Shown: one piece after another, positions 40,801 through 55,719 of the stretch
Layout of the letters: each line of letters opens with the position of its first letter
Numbering within the stretch: the first letter of the stretch is position 1
Assembly (NCBI RefSeq): GCF_006345805.1
Contig: NC_042997.1
Span: forward strand, 7,688,001-7,752,000
Reading direction: 5' to 3'
Length of the DNA: 64,000 nt
From: Octopus sinensis
Lineage: Eukaryota
Made by a program: the position numbers and the translations under genes
Notes under the pieces: model-generated
What the model saw: the letters and a program-made list of their open reading frames with translations, nothing else
Databases searched by the model: none
Told to the model about the DNA's origin: nothing

Positions 40801-41699
40801 AAGTGTATTCATTACTGTTATAAAACACCTCAAGTGTAGCATTAAATCCTTTATATCATATTTTATAAATGCTAATAAAGCAAATAGTAAGAAGGTTCTC
40901 CAATATTATTATAAAATAAACGCTGTACACCTAGGGTTAGAGTCAAGTATGACTACAGAATGCAATGATCAGAGCTGTAGACCACAACATTGCAGGAGTG
41001 GCTAAACTATTTTTATTACGGGTTCAATATTTTGAGTTGCGATATCCATTATGTATTTTCCTTGTTTACACACAAGCTTGTGAAATGAAGTAGGTGCGAA
41101 TAGTTCTACTATACGGAGCAAGTATTTAGATAATCCAGATTTGCCGCTGTAAACCTTTAGAAATTTGAGTATTCATAATGACAGTTTAATGTTCCCAAAT
41201 GTTCTTGAATTAGGCTTCATGTTCATGAATTAGGCTTCATGTTCTTCATACAGCACTTGTGTAATTTATTCTACCAGCCTATTTAAGAATCATATCTTGC
41301 CCTTAGTATTGCATCTGTGCCAATGACATCTATTTTTATAGTTTAGTCGCAGTCTTACTGTTGCCCCGACAGAGTTTATTTATAATTCCTTATTACTAGT
41401 TCTAAGTAGTTCGGTTGACTGTTTTGTCCTTATAGGAATTCCTGATAATTAGTTAGATAAATTTTGATACTGTGCCTTGCATACAGCATCCTATTTCTCT
41501 CTCATTTCCTTAGTACTATTTTTGTCCACTTCAGAAATAGAGAGCATTCGATGCTACTACTGTTTGTATATCTGATTCACGTAGGTTTTAAATTGTGGTG
41601 TTCACAGAAATAATTTAGCTGACCATGGTTTCCACAATTACTTCCCTATTTTTTTAAAGTTTCAATCCTTGTACGTATTTATCGGTTTCTTTTGACGTA

Positions 41700-41790
41700 C
41701 CAATAAGTTACGGGGACGTAAACCCACCAACGCCAGTGGTTCTGTGGTGGCAGGGAACAAACACAGACATAATGATGCACATACACACAT
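41700..41790 (-). mobile_element. SINE family 1 internal fragment
   Basis: GTTACGGGGACGTAAAC.CACCAAC matches 3768-3800. Confidence 0.7.
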
Positions 41791-42736
41791 ATATACAACC
41801 GTTACTAACTGTGACTAACAGTGCCGACGCACCTACATTACTAGACATAAGAGTTAGAATACTCTTAATTATGTAGGAAGAGCGCAGATGCATAAACATA
41901 TGCTGACAGCGGAGGCAATCTCCCCATGCCATCTCGAAATTTTATATTAAGTGAAAGTTTTATGTCGTTAATTATAATTATACCACGTTAACAAATATGT
42001 GATAATAAATAGAGGTAAAAGTTAAGAAAAGTGAGATTCACCAGTTTTGGTTAGAGTATATACGTGAATCGATTCGCTGAAACTGCATATTGCAGGAAAT
42101 TGAATATTCCAAAAGCTTACCACAATCCTAGACAATTGAATGATGCAAAAGCTTACCACTATCCTACAACTGCATGGTTAATGTGAGCACATTTAACTAC
42201 GTGGATTTTGCACATTCATCCAGCATTCCTAAATATACCCCACTACCTAACGTTGACTTCCCCTTGAAAGGAGTTTACACAAGTTGCAGTGGTGCCTTAA
42301 GACGTCTCATCTTCGTTCACAGCAGAACGTCTGCCGTCATAACCATCTATCATAGAAAGTGCAACCGCTCTTTCCTCCTAAAATTAGTGCTTGGACATAG
42401 TCAAATGCTTCCGCTCATAGCTGTATACATCGTATATTCACTAAAGCTTGCTTCACGTCAATATAAAGATAAGCCACAAGTGAAGGCTATTTAAGTTCAT
42501 ACTGATGTGTTTTTCTCAAGATAAATAATTCGAGGACAGGTTCATTCATTTTCTGTTTCATTCGGACAATGCATATAGAATTTATCCCGCTCACACAGAG
42601 TATGCTGCAGCAATGCAAGCCATGCATTCGGAATCGGTTAAAAGTTTGTGCGCATCTTTTCGATTGTAAAATTTAAGTATCCGTTTCATTATGAAAGTGC
42701 CTTGTAATATCATAAAAACCATCCCTTGATGCACAT

Positions 42737-42787
<51 letters not shown>

Positions 42788-43125
42788 GTATGTATATGTA
42801 TGTATATATATATGCATCAAGGGATATCTCACTGTTTTTTATGATATTACAACGCACTTCCGTGTATATATTCATAATGAAACGGACTCTTAAATCTTAC
42901 AATGGAAAAGATGCACACACAATTTTATGTATGTATGTAAACGCATATATTATGCAAGATATTGATCTGAGATAAAGTTAAAATCAGTATTACAATATCA
43001 TTGTGCAATTTCGTTCTAAGAGCAGCTTACAAAATATTGAATAACAGGAGTTTTCACGGTTAGGACTCTGTTTTTCTTAGAGAAATATGTTGTTTAATCA
43101 TGATAGCTGTTGTATGTACTGATAC

Positions 43126-43161
<36 letters not shown>

Positions 43162-44373
43162 AGTTAGCTAAAATTAAAGAAAGTTTCGAAAATTTATGTC
43201 CAAATTTCACGTAAGACACAAATGGACACATACACAAAAATATCAAAACGTAAATAAATTTGACAACATATTCAATACACTTTTCTGCTAGAGAATACAG
43301 GTTAAAATATTGCACATTTATAAAGAAAGAAAATCATTAGACGTATATCATAAAAATAATTCTGTATTCAAACTTCATTCATATCAAATTTTCTAGTGAA
43401 ATATATTTCACTCAAATATACCGACAGATAATTAGAAATACTATATTATCCATCAATTTTTTGAATATATTCTAACATCACTGAATTACATTCTAACATC
43501 TGCTTTGACCTCTAAAACATATCACTATATTTGAAATAATCCCTTAGGTTTTCATAAGTTTTGAATGGCAAGCTCATTAAAATTTTGAAATATACTGCAA
43601 TATATAAAATTTGACAAGCAGATTGAGAATGCTATGAAAGACGTTTATCATAGTACTTCTAATACTGCACATAAGGTAGATATGTGCGAATTTCAATAAT
43701 ATTGCTGATAAACAAAGGAAAGTTTTATTCACTAGTATCTAACCTCTCATGAAATATCCAAAACAAAATGAATTGTCAAGTAAGACGTTAGTTTCTAAAT
43801 GGGAAACTAAATTCATTTGTTAGCAGAAGTAAGTAAACGTTAAATTGAAATATATTCCACGGAGTATTCTGTAGACTTGTATACTTTTCCTATAATTCTG
43901 AATTTGCAAAAGCCTAGTGTAATACGTGATACGGATCGACCTTTCACTGATACATACGAATCACCTGTCGAACATCCACGCATTTTCTGTGTACATAATT
44001 TCATACACACGTTTTCTGTCGACTCGATACTATAGTAGACACATGCCAAACATAGTTAATTGTGCAATCATATCAATACCACAGACAGAGCCACGTAACG
44101 GTACAAAAATCTATACACAACCTTAAGTAAAATACTTAAAGAAAGTCTACAATAAATTTGAGGATTTTGTAATTCTTAATTCTGCTTGCTGAAATGACAT
44201 TATTGAACCCAGATAGAACTATGAAAGCATTAAGATAAGGTTTCAATGGTGAATGGAGAGTTACGTAGATAAGCAAACATATATTTATTTTAATTTTGAT
44301 ATATTTATATATGTATTCATAGATACATACATAATTATACATATATATAAATGTGTGTATGTATGAATGTACG

Positions 44374-44410
<37 letters not shown>

Positions 44411-44419
44411 TTCTGTGTG

Positions 44420-44900
44420 TGTGTATGCGTTTTAAGGCGCTTGTATGTGAAGCTATCTGATGTATATATGTACTGTAGGGGTATGTATGTAGGTCGACCA
44501 GGGCGGAGGCGTAAGGGATGTATTTATATGTATGTATATGCTGTAGGGGCAGAATAGTGCGCGTGTTGTAGGTAATGTGTATAACAGTGAAGAGAAGGTG
44601 TGTAGGTGTCGGAGGAGGAAGGAGAGTGGAATGTGGGAGGTGCGTATTATATGCAAATAAACGTGGAGTTAGATTTAGATAGAGCGAGGTTAAAAATAGA
44701 GGGAGAAGATAACTTCCTTCTCTTGAAGGAGGTGGGAATGCAGGTGATCTCTGTACATGGTCAGTCTTAACACATACAAATGTTTTAAGGAATGACAGGT
44801 CGATTGGAATTGGAGGGAGACGGACATATATTTGCCGAGTTTAATGTCCCTGAGATGTTCGGGAAACAGGTCAACTATCACTGGCCATTTTGTGCTATGT
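44420..44900 (-). mobile_element. PLE GIY-YIG C-terminal relic plus 3' UTR
   Basis: DLFPEHLRDIKLGKYMSVSLQFQSTCHSLKHLYVLRL...EKEVIFSL resembles PLE DRFAEHLRDI...PV..HF...HS...EQ.LIF.L. Confidence 0.65.
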
Positions 44901-46059
44901 ATACACGCACGCACATACGTGTGTGTTTGCGCAAATGTGTTACTGTTCATGTTATAGTGAATTAGTCATTTGGTCAAAAGTTATTCGAATAGTAAGGTGA
45001 TGTGCTTACAAGTTCGGAGAGCTAGATACTGTAGAGGTTTGACATTTGTAGTTAACTGATATGCATATTTTATCTATGTTTGGTAGAACAAGATAACTTT
45101 CAACGAAATGCTTTTCTAAAGAGAAATGCTTACAGTTATACATTAAGAATGTTCTTTCTGTGTTTTAATTCATATGCCCAATTCCTTTTATGATCAGATA
45201 AACCTTTGATTCTGGAGTCAAAATAATGTCTTCAGAACTTCTTTTTACACCCTTAATATTACCTTTAATAGTTATTTCCGATAGCATCTGTTTAAATCGT
45301 GTTAATACTATCCTCACTAGAGCACAATAATGAAGTTGCTCCATCACAGTGATTGTATTAATTTATTCTTAATTCTATTTCATTGACCATTTTTTAATGT
45401 AAGAATAGATAGAGATTTCAAGGAAGTTTAAAATTAATTTTAAGAATATCACAATTAAACAGATCATGGAAAAATGAATTTTAACATTGAGAGGTAACCT
45501 ATATAGGTCTATGTTTAGAGTGGAAGAACCCATATCTAAATGCGAAACATATTTCATTATGATATTTAAGAAAATTGAAGAGGAAATTGAAATTTGCGTT
45601 TTGATATATAGATGCACAGTAAATTTTGTAAACGAATCGGACAGAAAATGATGATATATATTAATCTACTTATACATATATATATATCTAGAAAAATTTT
45701 AAATAATACTTTGACAGATATATGAAGTAAAGGGGGGAGATAATGAAAAGGAAAGAATGAAAGATAGAGATAGTAAAGGAGAAGGAAAGAAAGACAGATT
45801 GTATGTAGATATTTACAATAATAGAGAAATCATTAAAATATCAATATTCGTTTAATATAAGTTAACAATAGTTTCACGAGATATATCCAACTCCATTGCA
45901 AAGCGGCGATATATCAAGACTGAATAAGACTGTGAAACTAAAGAGACTAAAGAATAATTATAGTTGTTGCTTCGGACATGGTAAGATTATCCCGTTAATG
46001 CTTCAATGCGTAATTAATTAACAAGAGAATGAAATGCGTTGCTACAAATGAATAATTAT

Positions 46060-46078
46060 ATATGGATATGATATATGA

Positions 46079-46111
<33 letters not shown>

Positions 46112-46233
46112 ATATATATATATATTATATATACATATATGTCTATATATATGTATATACGTATGTATATGTATATATATAAATATATATATATATATAT
46201 ACATATGTCTATATATATATGTATATACGTATG

Positions 46234-46272
<39 letters not shown>

Positions 46273-46308
46273 GCTTATATATACATATATATACACGCAC
46301 ACACACAT

Positions 46309-46370
<62 letters not shown>
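46060..46370. repeat. Long (TA)n-rich microsatellite
   Basis: Direct inspection. Confidence 0.95.
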
Positions 46371-48390
46371 CTGATCGCATATACATTCATATGCATATCT
46401 TTACACAAATTACAATTTCCTCACAACTGTGATCAATCGATGAAGATTAAAATCATAAATAATTCATTCTACTTTATTCGTATAGAAACTGAATAATTTT
46501 GATAAATATCTATTTTCCTTTTAACAGTTATTTGTCATGCTTTTTCTTCTAGTCTTGTACTCCTTCACACTTATTTCGTTTTCGCTGAACGATGTCCATA
46601 AGAACTATTTCAATTCATACATTGTTACTGTCTATAAATTATCTAATAACATCCAATAGTTCCTCTCCTCAATCATTCATCACATCTGACATAACGACAA
46701 TGAATAGTTTTGACAAATTTCGGCACACATAATCGCCAGATGAGTGATCCTATTATTATGTTTTCTAATCTTTCAAACGCAGGTGAACACTTGTGATGTG
46801 AATAGTCTATGTTCGCATTCTCCCCCATCGTGCCTAAAGCTAATTTAAGTACCTATTTACAAATTGGTTTAAAATGCCAGTAAAATGTGTGCTGTTTTGA
46901 ACAAAGCTTGAAATGTATGATGCATGAACGAAAGCTGTTAATACCTAGAGCATCCTAAATTAGTCCTAAACGATTTCATAGAATAAGAAAATTTCAAATT
47001 GAAAGAATGAGCCATGTATTAACTTAGCTATCAGATAGCATTTTTTTCTTCTTGATCAGTATCATCAATCTAAATTAATTAGGATTTACTGTTGGAATTA
47101 GCAAAAGGAGTTGTTCTTTTATTCACTGGCAAGTCAGATGCTGACTTAATTAATTATTTTGTCTTGAAGTGTCATTGATATAGTTGCTCATATATCTAAA
47201 CTAATCTTGAGAGTCTGTAGAGGTGTACTCGTGAAAGCAGTTAAACCAATGAACAACACGCATAGAAATTATCGTCAATGTTATACAACTGTCTCTGCTT
47301 ACAACAAATTTAGGTTTTCAGTTCACCAGGTATCAAATAACTACAGTGTGATATACTAATGATTTAGAATACAATGTAACAACCATAGATTCAAATGTGT
47401 ATACCCAAAACGCGGAAAAGATTTGTGCAACCTAATTCTGAAAATAATTTACGGATAGATCTAGCGAAGAGCATATGAGTAATGCAAGTTATCATTAATG
47501 CAATGTTTCTAATGCCATTCATTAAATAGACAGTTGAATATCAACTTGAGTAATTAACATTTATATGTGACACTACGTAATGTCACCGTTTAATCTAGTA
47601 ATTAAAATTAAACTAATTGAAATGATTACAAATATACTATTTTATATTTATTGCCATTGGCACCGCTGGGACACTTGTCACGACTACATTTGTCCTAATA
47701 CAATGGTTTACATACTTACTGTAATTTTTCATTAGTGAAATACACCATGCAGCAATATATATGAATTAATGCATATGTTTCCCATACACGTTTATAAGTT
47801 AATTAACAACTTTCAACGTGTAGCCAATAATCTTGACTAGCATGAGTACTAGTTGTTCCATACAGTCTTTGTATACCATGAGAGCACTAACATAGAGAGA
47901 AGACCGTGATTTGGCTGATTTACCAACTTTTCGGATGGCTATTTGAAGGCTTCTCACATCAAATCCCGTCAAAAGAGGTTTGCCTGTTAGTCTCTCGAAC
48001 TTATATATTAATGTAGATTCTTCTTTTCTTCCTCACTTTTTCACTTGTCTTTATGCTTCTGAAAAGTATTTGGAGGAATAAATTCCACTTCGTTTCATGG
48101 ATGTACGCCACTTGGTGTGTTACGATAGGGCACTTCCAACTCAAGCCATGCAATGTTTGAAAGCACAACACAAACAGATGCATGCAGACATGCACATTTG
48201 CTTAGGTATTCATATGAAAATTCATAGTCAGTGATACACAAGCACTCAATAAAACTGAGTCCTTAAATTGTTCAATTGACATTTGCACCAGCAGAATAGA
48301 ACATGATTAACGCTTTATTGCACCGAATCCTCATTTGTCATTGACGACAAAAGAATCCATTGTCAGCTTCGTTCAATATCATCATCACAT

Positions 48391-48434
<44 letters not shown>

Positions 48435-48491
48435 TAACAATTGAGGATAAAATCTTTAAAAGAAATTATCAGTAGTCAGTTATCAGTACGA

Positions 48492-48529
<38 letters not shown>

Positions 48530-48577
48530 AATAAAAAAGAACATATGCATATATATAAACATATATGTACGTACCTA

Positions 48578-48647
<70 letters not shown>

Positions 48648-48650
<3 letters not shown>

Positions 48651-49270
48651 GGTGCGGTGAATAAACTGTCGTCTAGATTACGCAAATATGAAAATAATAT
48701 TGACATCTCATTGTAGCAGATAAATATACCAAATTTATAAAATAGTAATGATCGCCGTTGACTTCAACCACGGACTCCAGATGACTTCGGAATCTCCTGC
48801 AACTCTTCTGGACGTTCTCCTTGTTTATATTGATGAATGCTGCCATAAAATTTACTTTCAGTTCATCTTTGGTGTTACATGCTGTTTTAGTGATCGCTCG
48901 CGCATAAGAAACAAAGCGGTTACAGTCTGGGGAGTTAGGCAACCAGTTGTTAAGGATAATGTGGTCGTAGAAATTGTCTGACAGCCAAGATTAGGTTCTC
49001 CTGCCTGTAGTATGGGAAGAGTCATGTGACCCGAAATAGGCTCTTCCAACAGCCACCTTCGTGACCCAGGTGTTGATGTAGGATTCCGTGTTGAGTCTGA
49101 GGCCGTGTGGGAAGATGAATAGAGGTAATAAAGTCACCATCACTGGTAATCCCCCAAACACCATGATGCTGACTGGGTGTTTCATTTTAACACTCAGTAC
49201 AAGAACAGTCCTCAATAGGCGCCCAAACACTCTAAAATATTCTGATTGGAGCTTCCCTCGCGAATACAAG
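48648..49270 (-). mobile_element. Tc1/mariner-superfamily transposon relic (3' half with one TIR)
   Basis: TA|CAGGGTGCGGTGAATAAA terminus in a (TA)n tract; KMKHPVSIMVFG...SWLSDNF...WLPNSPDCN...NTKDELK...CRRFRSHLESVVEVNGD, the Tc1/maT-type WPPNSPDLNP region. Confidence 0.85.
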
Positions 49271-49337
49271 GGCGTACGGCATGACGTTTCCAAACGTCTG
49301 GCACAGGGAATTACGTCATGGTGCTTAGCTTAAGTTT

Positions 49338-49814
49338 GACAAACTTAAGCTAAGAATTAAGGTTGTTGAAAAGCCAGGCAACCCTATCAAATCTATAATT
49401 AGTAGAACCTATCATTTTAGTAGAACCCCCTATAAGGATAAGTACTGTACTGTATGTAGATTTAGCCCACAAACAAACTGTAAAGCAAGAAATGCAGTCT
49501 ATAGTATAAGATGTATAGAGGGACGATACAGTAACAAGACAACGACATACGTAGGGGAAACGGCAAGAAGCTTAGGAGAGCGGGTAAACGTACATTGGAG
49601 ACAACTTAAGGAAGGTAAAAGCTCATCGATTCTGTACCAACACGCCGAACAGGAACACGGGGGATCAATCAATAACATAGAAATTAAAATATTGTCCACA
49701 CATAGAACAGATGCAACAATTAGACAAATTACAGAAGCTACACGCATAAAAGAAAATAAACCTAGCCTGAATAGAAAACTAGAATGGAGCACTAACACAC
49801 ACCACAACATATGA
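49338..49814 (+). mobile_element. Penelope-like element, 5'-truncated, with an uninterrupted 158-codon frame (Cys linker + GIY-YIG endonuclease)
   Basis: DKLKLRIKVVEKPG...YCTVCRFSPQTNCKARNAVYSIRC...TYVGETARSLGERVNVH...QHAEQEH...RQITEA...KPSLN...*; absent from the ORF track because it has no start codon. Confidence 0.9.
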
Positions 49815-49874
49815 CGATAGAGGATCCTGAAAACAATAAATCCAGAGAGAAATAAACTAATAGAAATAAATAAC

Positions 49875-49906
<32 letters not shown>

Positions 49907-50210
49907 TCGATCCGATTTATTATTATTATTACTAGTATACATACATACAAGCATATGTAATGATAATAATAAGTGGATGTAAACCCATGAACAAAATAAG
50001 AATAAACAAAAACAACAAAAGCAAAATACAAATTCCATGAACATATATAAACAGAAGATACAGATATTACAGGCATCCTCCCACATACACACACTAAATA
50101 AACATAGACGCACATAGAGATATAAGCCTGCGCAAATGAAGACATACAATAGAAATACAAAATGGCTGACGGTTAGTAAGGAGAGACACAAATAAGTAAG
50201 AAGAAAACAA

Positions 50211-50270
50211 CGGACTACTGATGCGGTCACAAGAGTGTGACGAGAGAACTCTGGCCGAAATAAGATTAAG
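50211..50270 (+). ncRNA. Degenerate hammerhead-like core in the PLE 3' region
   Basis: CTGATGC-GGTCA...AGAGT...ACTCT-GGCC-GAAAT; A9 replaced by C and no clear stem I. Confidence 0.35.
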
Positions 50271-50370
50271 ATTAATGTAAAAATTAAATAACATTGAAGC
50301 AAAATAATACCAAATATATAGTGCGTGTGTTTTTATTGGCTAAAGTGGCAATATGACCATTCCGAAATAT

Positions 50371-50430
<60 letters not shown>

Positions 50431-50525
50431 TTGTGTATGTATATGCATGTATGTATGTATCCATTATCTATGAATCTCTGTATCTATGTACTTATAAGGC
50501 TGCCTGCCGAATACAACACTTCTTA

Positions 50526-50556
<31 letters not shown>

Positions 50557-50661
50557 CATCCCTGCGTGCGAGTGTGCGTGTGTATGAATGTATGTGTGAA
50601 TGTAGATCGAGTATACTATTGTTCGCTTTTCTTTGTCAATAAAGATCTGGATTATCATATA

Positions 50662-51482
50662 TATGTGGTGTGATTATGAAAGTTTTCCCTAACCCACTTA
50701 CGCTTATTGCATGAAACGGCGCTTGTACAGGTATAATCAGACACGTTTCGACATGTCACATTGTAAATTGCAGCTTTCCACTGTGTTATACTTGAAGCAG
50801 TTGAATGCAGATCAGTGATCAGGTTCTTACACTTGAAAGGTCGTACACCAAATGAGACTTTCCATGAGATGAAAGAAGTTCATATATGGTCGGACATCTA
50901 TGGAAACTGCGCCTATTCCTGGACAACTACATTCCGCCAGTAAAGACGACGCCATCCATAAAGAGGAAGCCGCCATTTTTGGAGGATCGCCACGTAACTA
51001 TTCGGCAATTAGCCCAAGAAGTAAAGATAAGTGTATGGTCCGTGGAAAAAAATTGTTCGCGACCATTTGCACATGGGGAAGTTGTCTACGATAGATTCCC
51101 CGCACGCTCACACCTCTTCAGGAGTAGGAACGTGTCATTTGCCCTCTGACTTTTTTGCTAATGTGCCAAGAAATCCTTCCTCATCCCCTTTACTCTCCCG
51201 ACATCGCACCATCTGACTTTCACCTCTTTCCAACCATGAAGTCTTTTTGAAGGGGAAGCACTTTGCAAATGATGATGAAGATGTTACCGAGGTAAACTCT
51301 TGGCTCCAGATGCAACGTACCGACTTCTACAAACGAGGTTTTCACAGCTGCATAAAATTATGGGAGAAGTGTGTCACCATTGGTGGTGGCTATGTAGAGA
51401 AGGACTAAGAATTACGAGAAGTTCCTTTTATCCCAGTCCTTGAGAAGTGAGTCAGGTGAAATCTTTAATGGACACCCCACGA
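50662..51482 (+). mobile_element. mariner (DD34D) transposon, internally deleted
   Basis: ECRSVIRFLHLKGRTPNETFHEMKEV...EDRHVTIRQLAQEVKIS...RDHLHMGKLS...PHPLYSPDIAPSDFHLFPTMK...WEKCV...GGYVEKD*; weakly matching degenerate TIRs. Confidence 0.9.
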
Positions 51483-51724
51483 ATTTACTGAGTAGTTATT
51501 GTTAGGACATTAATCTTAGATGGTCGCGAAGTACTTCCAATATATGTGTTTCGTTCTTGTATTTCATTCGTCATCTCTTTATTAGCTGGTGGTGAATGAA
51601 AGTTTTCCGTTACAAATTATTATCATAAACGCACTTGAACATCCCTCTTACACTTTTCATGAATTCATGATTGTATGGGTTTGTGAAAATATATAATACA
51701 TATATACACGCATACAAACATGCA

Positions 51725-51742
51725 TGCGTGTATATATATCTA

Positions 51743-51826
<84 letters not shown>

Positions 51827-51860
51827 GGTGTATGTATTTATGTCTGTATGTGTGTGTGTA
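51725..51860. repeat. (CT)n(TA)n(TG)n microsatellite
   Basis: Direct inspection. Confidence 0.95.
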
Positions 51861-54800
51861 TAGCGTATCGTTCCGTGACGTTAAGAGTTCAATATTATTT
51901 GATAAACACAATATATGTTTTTATGTGCTACTATTAGTTTGATGTGCTGCGAGCATGGCAAACAGTGTTTCCTAACACGTCTGGTGTCCTAGCATAAACT
52001 GTGCCTCACGATTCTGCTAGGACTAATGTATAGGGCTCTGTGTGTGTGCGTGTTTTATGTATAGATCACACTATAGAGATACACGTACTTTTAATCATTG
52101 CAAAACTGAATTCCAGTAACATATGAAACTGTTTCAATGTAGAATCAATCGTTGCAACATATGTTTCAGATAAGAACACTCAGTTTCCAGGCTATCAACA
52201 CACGAATTTTGTACATGATGGCTTCAGTGTTCTTAACAAAACACAGCTTTTATTATAGATTATAGGATTTGTGAATATATAAACAAGGTAGATACTAAAT
52301 GCAAATGCATGCAAAAATTCTAAAGCTCTAGCTAGGAATGTCTTTCATGCCTTTATACTTATTTTACTTTTGATTATATTATTTAAAATGACAAATTTTG
52401 ACGAAGATTACCTCTGTATAGGAAATTACTTGCCAAGAAATAATACAATCTTTTATTTACTTCTCACCTCATTATTTATCTTCCATTTTTCTTTCCTTCT
52501 ATTCGCATTTTTTCATTAGTTCACATTTCTAAATTTAATTACAAATATTTTCTTTAAATTGTTAGAAGGAACGAAAAGCAAAGAAACTGATAAAGCGTGG
52601 AATAGGAGGAAATTTATTTTAAGTTTTAATCAATCAGAGTGAGAAAAACAAAAGCAATATATTTTGATGATGCATGTATCTGTTAATTTCTAATTACTTT
52701 GAAAGTGAAACTAAAATTAAAAGAAAACAATAAAAATTGAAATTAATAATGAAAGTAAACAATATAAATACAAATAGAGAGGAAAACGTTAAGTGAATAA
52801 ATAATAAATGTAAAGACAACAAAGAGAAGGGAAAAGTTTAAAGAAATCAACAATAAAGCAATATATTTTACGAAATAATTAGCAACACAATGCAACGCTT
52901 CCTTTTACACAATGTTGCAAGTTATTCCAAGTACTTCGTTATTTTCGTCTCACCAATCGTTCGACTTAATTCTCTCATTGAAGATGCTATGTTGCCTCCC
53001 TGCCAGCTTGCTTGACAGCTTTTTACCACTTATGAAACAAGAAAACATAAGCATTCTGGAAAAAATGTTTTCTCTCTATTTTATCCTGGTGGTATTTTTA
53101 ATAGATTTTATATTTTTATGTGCAACTTTTACATTGTTGATTTTAAGTTTACGAATAGAAAGTTTTATATGCATTTCTTTGTCGCTATGTGTTTAATAAA
53201 CAATTGTATAAAAAAATGCTTAATATGATATTCTATATTCCAAGCATGTAGAATTATTCTCTTGTATCAGCTTAATATTCCCTTAAGCAGAATGTTATAC
53301 TGCACTTATATTTAGTTTTCTTATAATTACTGTCGATGTCTTTGTTATGAGCTAACGTTGTTTAATCAGACAAAATATATCGCCGAGAAGTAATTAAGCA
53401 TATACGGCATATATTTCAATAATGTGAGTATTTTTCATTTAATTTCATTATACACAATTTTATTTTCAGATAAGGAATTTTTGGTTAATTCATATTTCAT
53501 TTATTCTGATTATTCTATTTCCGTCTCATTAAGATATCAAAAAATGATAATAGCATTTACGAAAATTACAGCAGCATGAATATACAACATAATTACGTAA
53601 ACGAAATGTATTTTTATTCAAAGAAAAATATATTTATGAAAACAGTAATTTACAAAAAAGGGTTAAATTCAAATTATCAGTCTTTGAAAATTTATCTTCA
53701 TTCAATTTACCTGAGGCAGCGTTGTTGACGAAACAGTAACCACTTGATTAAACGCCTTCATCTACCAAACAGGAGTACAGATTAATGATAATAATAGTAA
53801 TAACAATATGCCTACTATAGTGCATAGGTATATAGTTGGAGATTACTTATAAAACATGGAAGAGCTAGGTTTTTGAAGCAAAATTGCATTGTAACCATGA
53901 AAAGCAAGTTTAAAATTCGATATAGTATATGTGTATCAAACTGTATAATTACTTCCCCTAATTTGATGATTTAAAATATTTACAACGTAAAATTAGAAAA
54001 CTACTAGAAATTATCTATTGGCAAATATACCAAAACTAATGCAAGGCGAGGTAAATTAACTAAAACTGAGAATTTTAAATATTAAATTGGAAATTAAAAT
54101 ATACAACTCTTGCTAACAATTACGTTTGGATTGAATGCAACGCACAAATGAAGAAAATTAGAAAGCAGCACTCCAGAAGAGTCAGACGAATATTAGAAGC
54201 AGCAGACAGAACAGGAAATAATGCATTAAGCATATAGACATTAGCTAAAACATTCACAAAATTCAGTTTCGGTTTAATAAACTGATAGTTAAGTGATTGG
54301 AATACCTAGTATTACAAACTTGTTTGTAAAGTCAAGACACAAATATAGCATAAATAGCGCATGCCTGTTTATATTAACGTTGGGGATCATCGAATACAAA
54401 TGAAAACGTACTGCGGAATGCAAACATGTTGTCTGTTTCTAATTTAATTATTAAATGATTCTTTGAAACCAGCTGCACAAACGAAAATTATTTTGATAAC
54501 GAGAAAACAACTATATTGTTTGTCTCTACAAAACTTCAAAATTGTTTCTACAAAACTACAAATTTGTTTGTATCTATAACACATAAAATGTTATTTCCCA
54601 GTTGTGACTGACACTATTTTTAAATTTGAATGTTGCCGACCTTGATACATCCCGTGATCACACCTAAAAGGGCTTTATATATAAAATCTAGTTATTTTAG
54701 CCTGTGTCATTGCTTCTACAAGCGCCCTCATCTGTGCACAGTTCTAGTTTTCCTGGTGACTTTGGGGAGTCATTAGAATCTACACAATCCAGTTTTATCT

Positions 54801-55600
54801 CACCTAAAAGAAAAATGTCTACCTCCATCACGTATGCGCTCAACACTAGTCCGTTCTGCGATACAAGTATAATTACCAAACACAGATTCACATAATTTCC
54901 AACTTCCCTGATATCATCTTAATAATTTTCCCTCAATTACTGCTTTACAAATGTATGAGCAGAGGTAAAGCCGAATTTCAGGCTGCCTATAGGTTGAAGA
55001 TTTGTTTTGATTTTGTTAACACGGCAAGCAGTCTCCCACTACACTGAAGCTAAGAAATATTTCTGCGCAATGTTCATGTAGTGGCTGCTTTGAACGTACC
55101 TCCCAGCTGCCTTAGAGAGAAGATACTTATATGTTTTTGTCCTCTCTAGGAATAGAGGAGACATGGAGCCTATATCATGTTCTACCATATCTTTGATAGA
55201 ACTAGCTCCCTTATATTTACCCTCAACTCTCCCTTTCATTTGAAGTAAAACACCCTATTGGAGGGTGTCTGTGTTCAGCTCTTTTCTGCCTATTCCATCA
55301 CAGAACATCCTCTTCTAAGGCTATGAGAGAGATGAGCAGTGTCTGTTTCAACTGGTAGCTTGCTAGCTGGTAGCTGGACCCGACTTACAAGCAGTAGAAT
55401 GTCACCGGCATAACTTCACATGTCAACAATGTTCGGGCAATAAATGACTTCGGACAGGTCAGTTTGGTCAATTTCAGAATTATTTTGTAAAGTCTGGTTC
55501 CCATTCTATCGTGTCTTTTCCGAACCTCTAGTTTATGAAGAAATAAACAAACCAACACTGCTTATCAGGCAATATGGTGTGAAAAACATGTATATATACA

Positions 55601-55703
55601 GGCGCAGAAGTAACTGTATCGTAAGTAGCTCGAGTTCAGTCCCACTGCGTGCAAGCTTGGGCAACTGGCTTCTACTATAGCCTCGATCTGAGAGAAGCTT
55701 GTC
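55601..55703 (+). mobile_element. SINE family 1 head fragment
   Basis: GGCGCAGAAGTAACTGTATCGTAAGTAGC...GAGTTCAGTCCCACTGCGT...TTCTACTATAGCC. Confidence 0.8.
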
Positions 55704-55719
55704 GTACATAGGAAAATAT

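Noticed and set aside
43926-44126. Minus-strand 65-bp AG/GT-bounded frame (YRVDRKRVYEIMYTENAWMFDR) and similar micro-exon candidates near 31400-31500, 46784 and 59620-59670
   Set aside because: Chance splice-like signals are expected in 64 kb; no coherent protein emerges.
53708-53742. CTGA-GGCAGC gtt GTTGAC-GAAAC-A-GTA
   Set aside because: The core lacks NGA and stem I does not pair.
54700-55320. Possible hAT transposase relic on the minus strand
   Set aside because: Only a vague resemblance to the HCxxHR region; not supportable.
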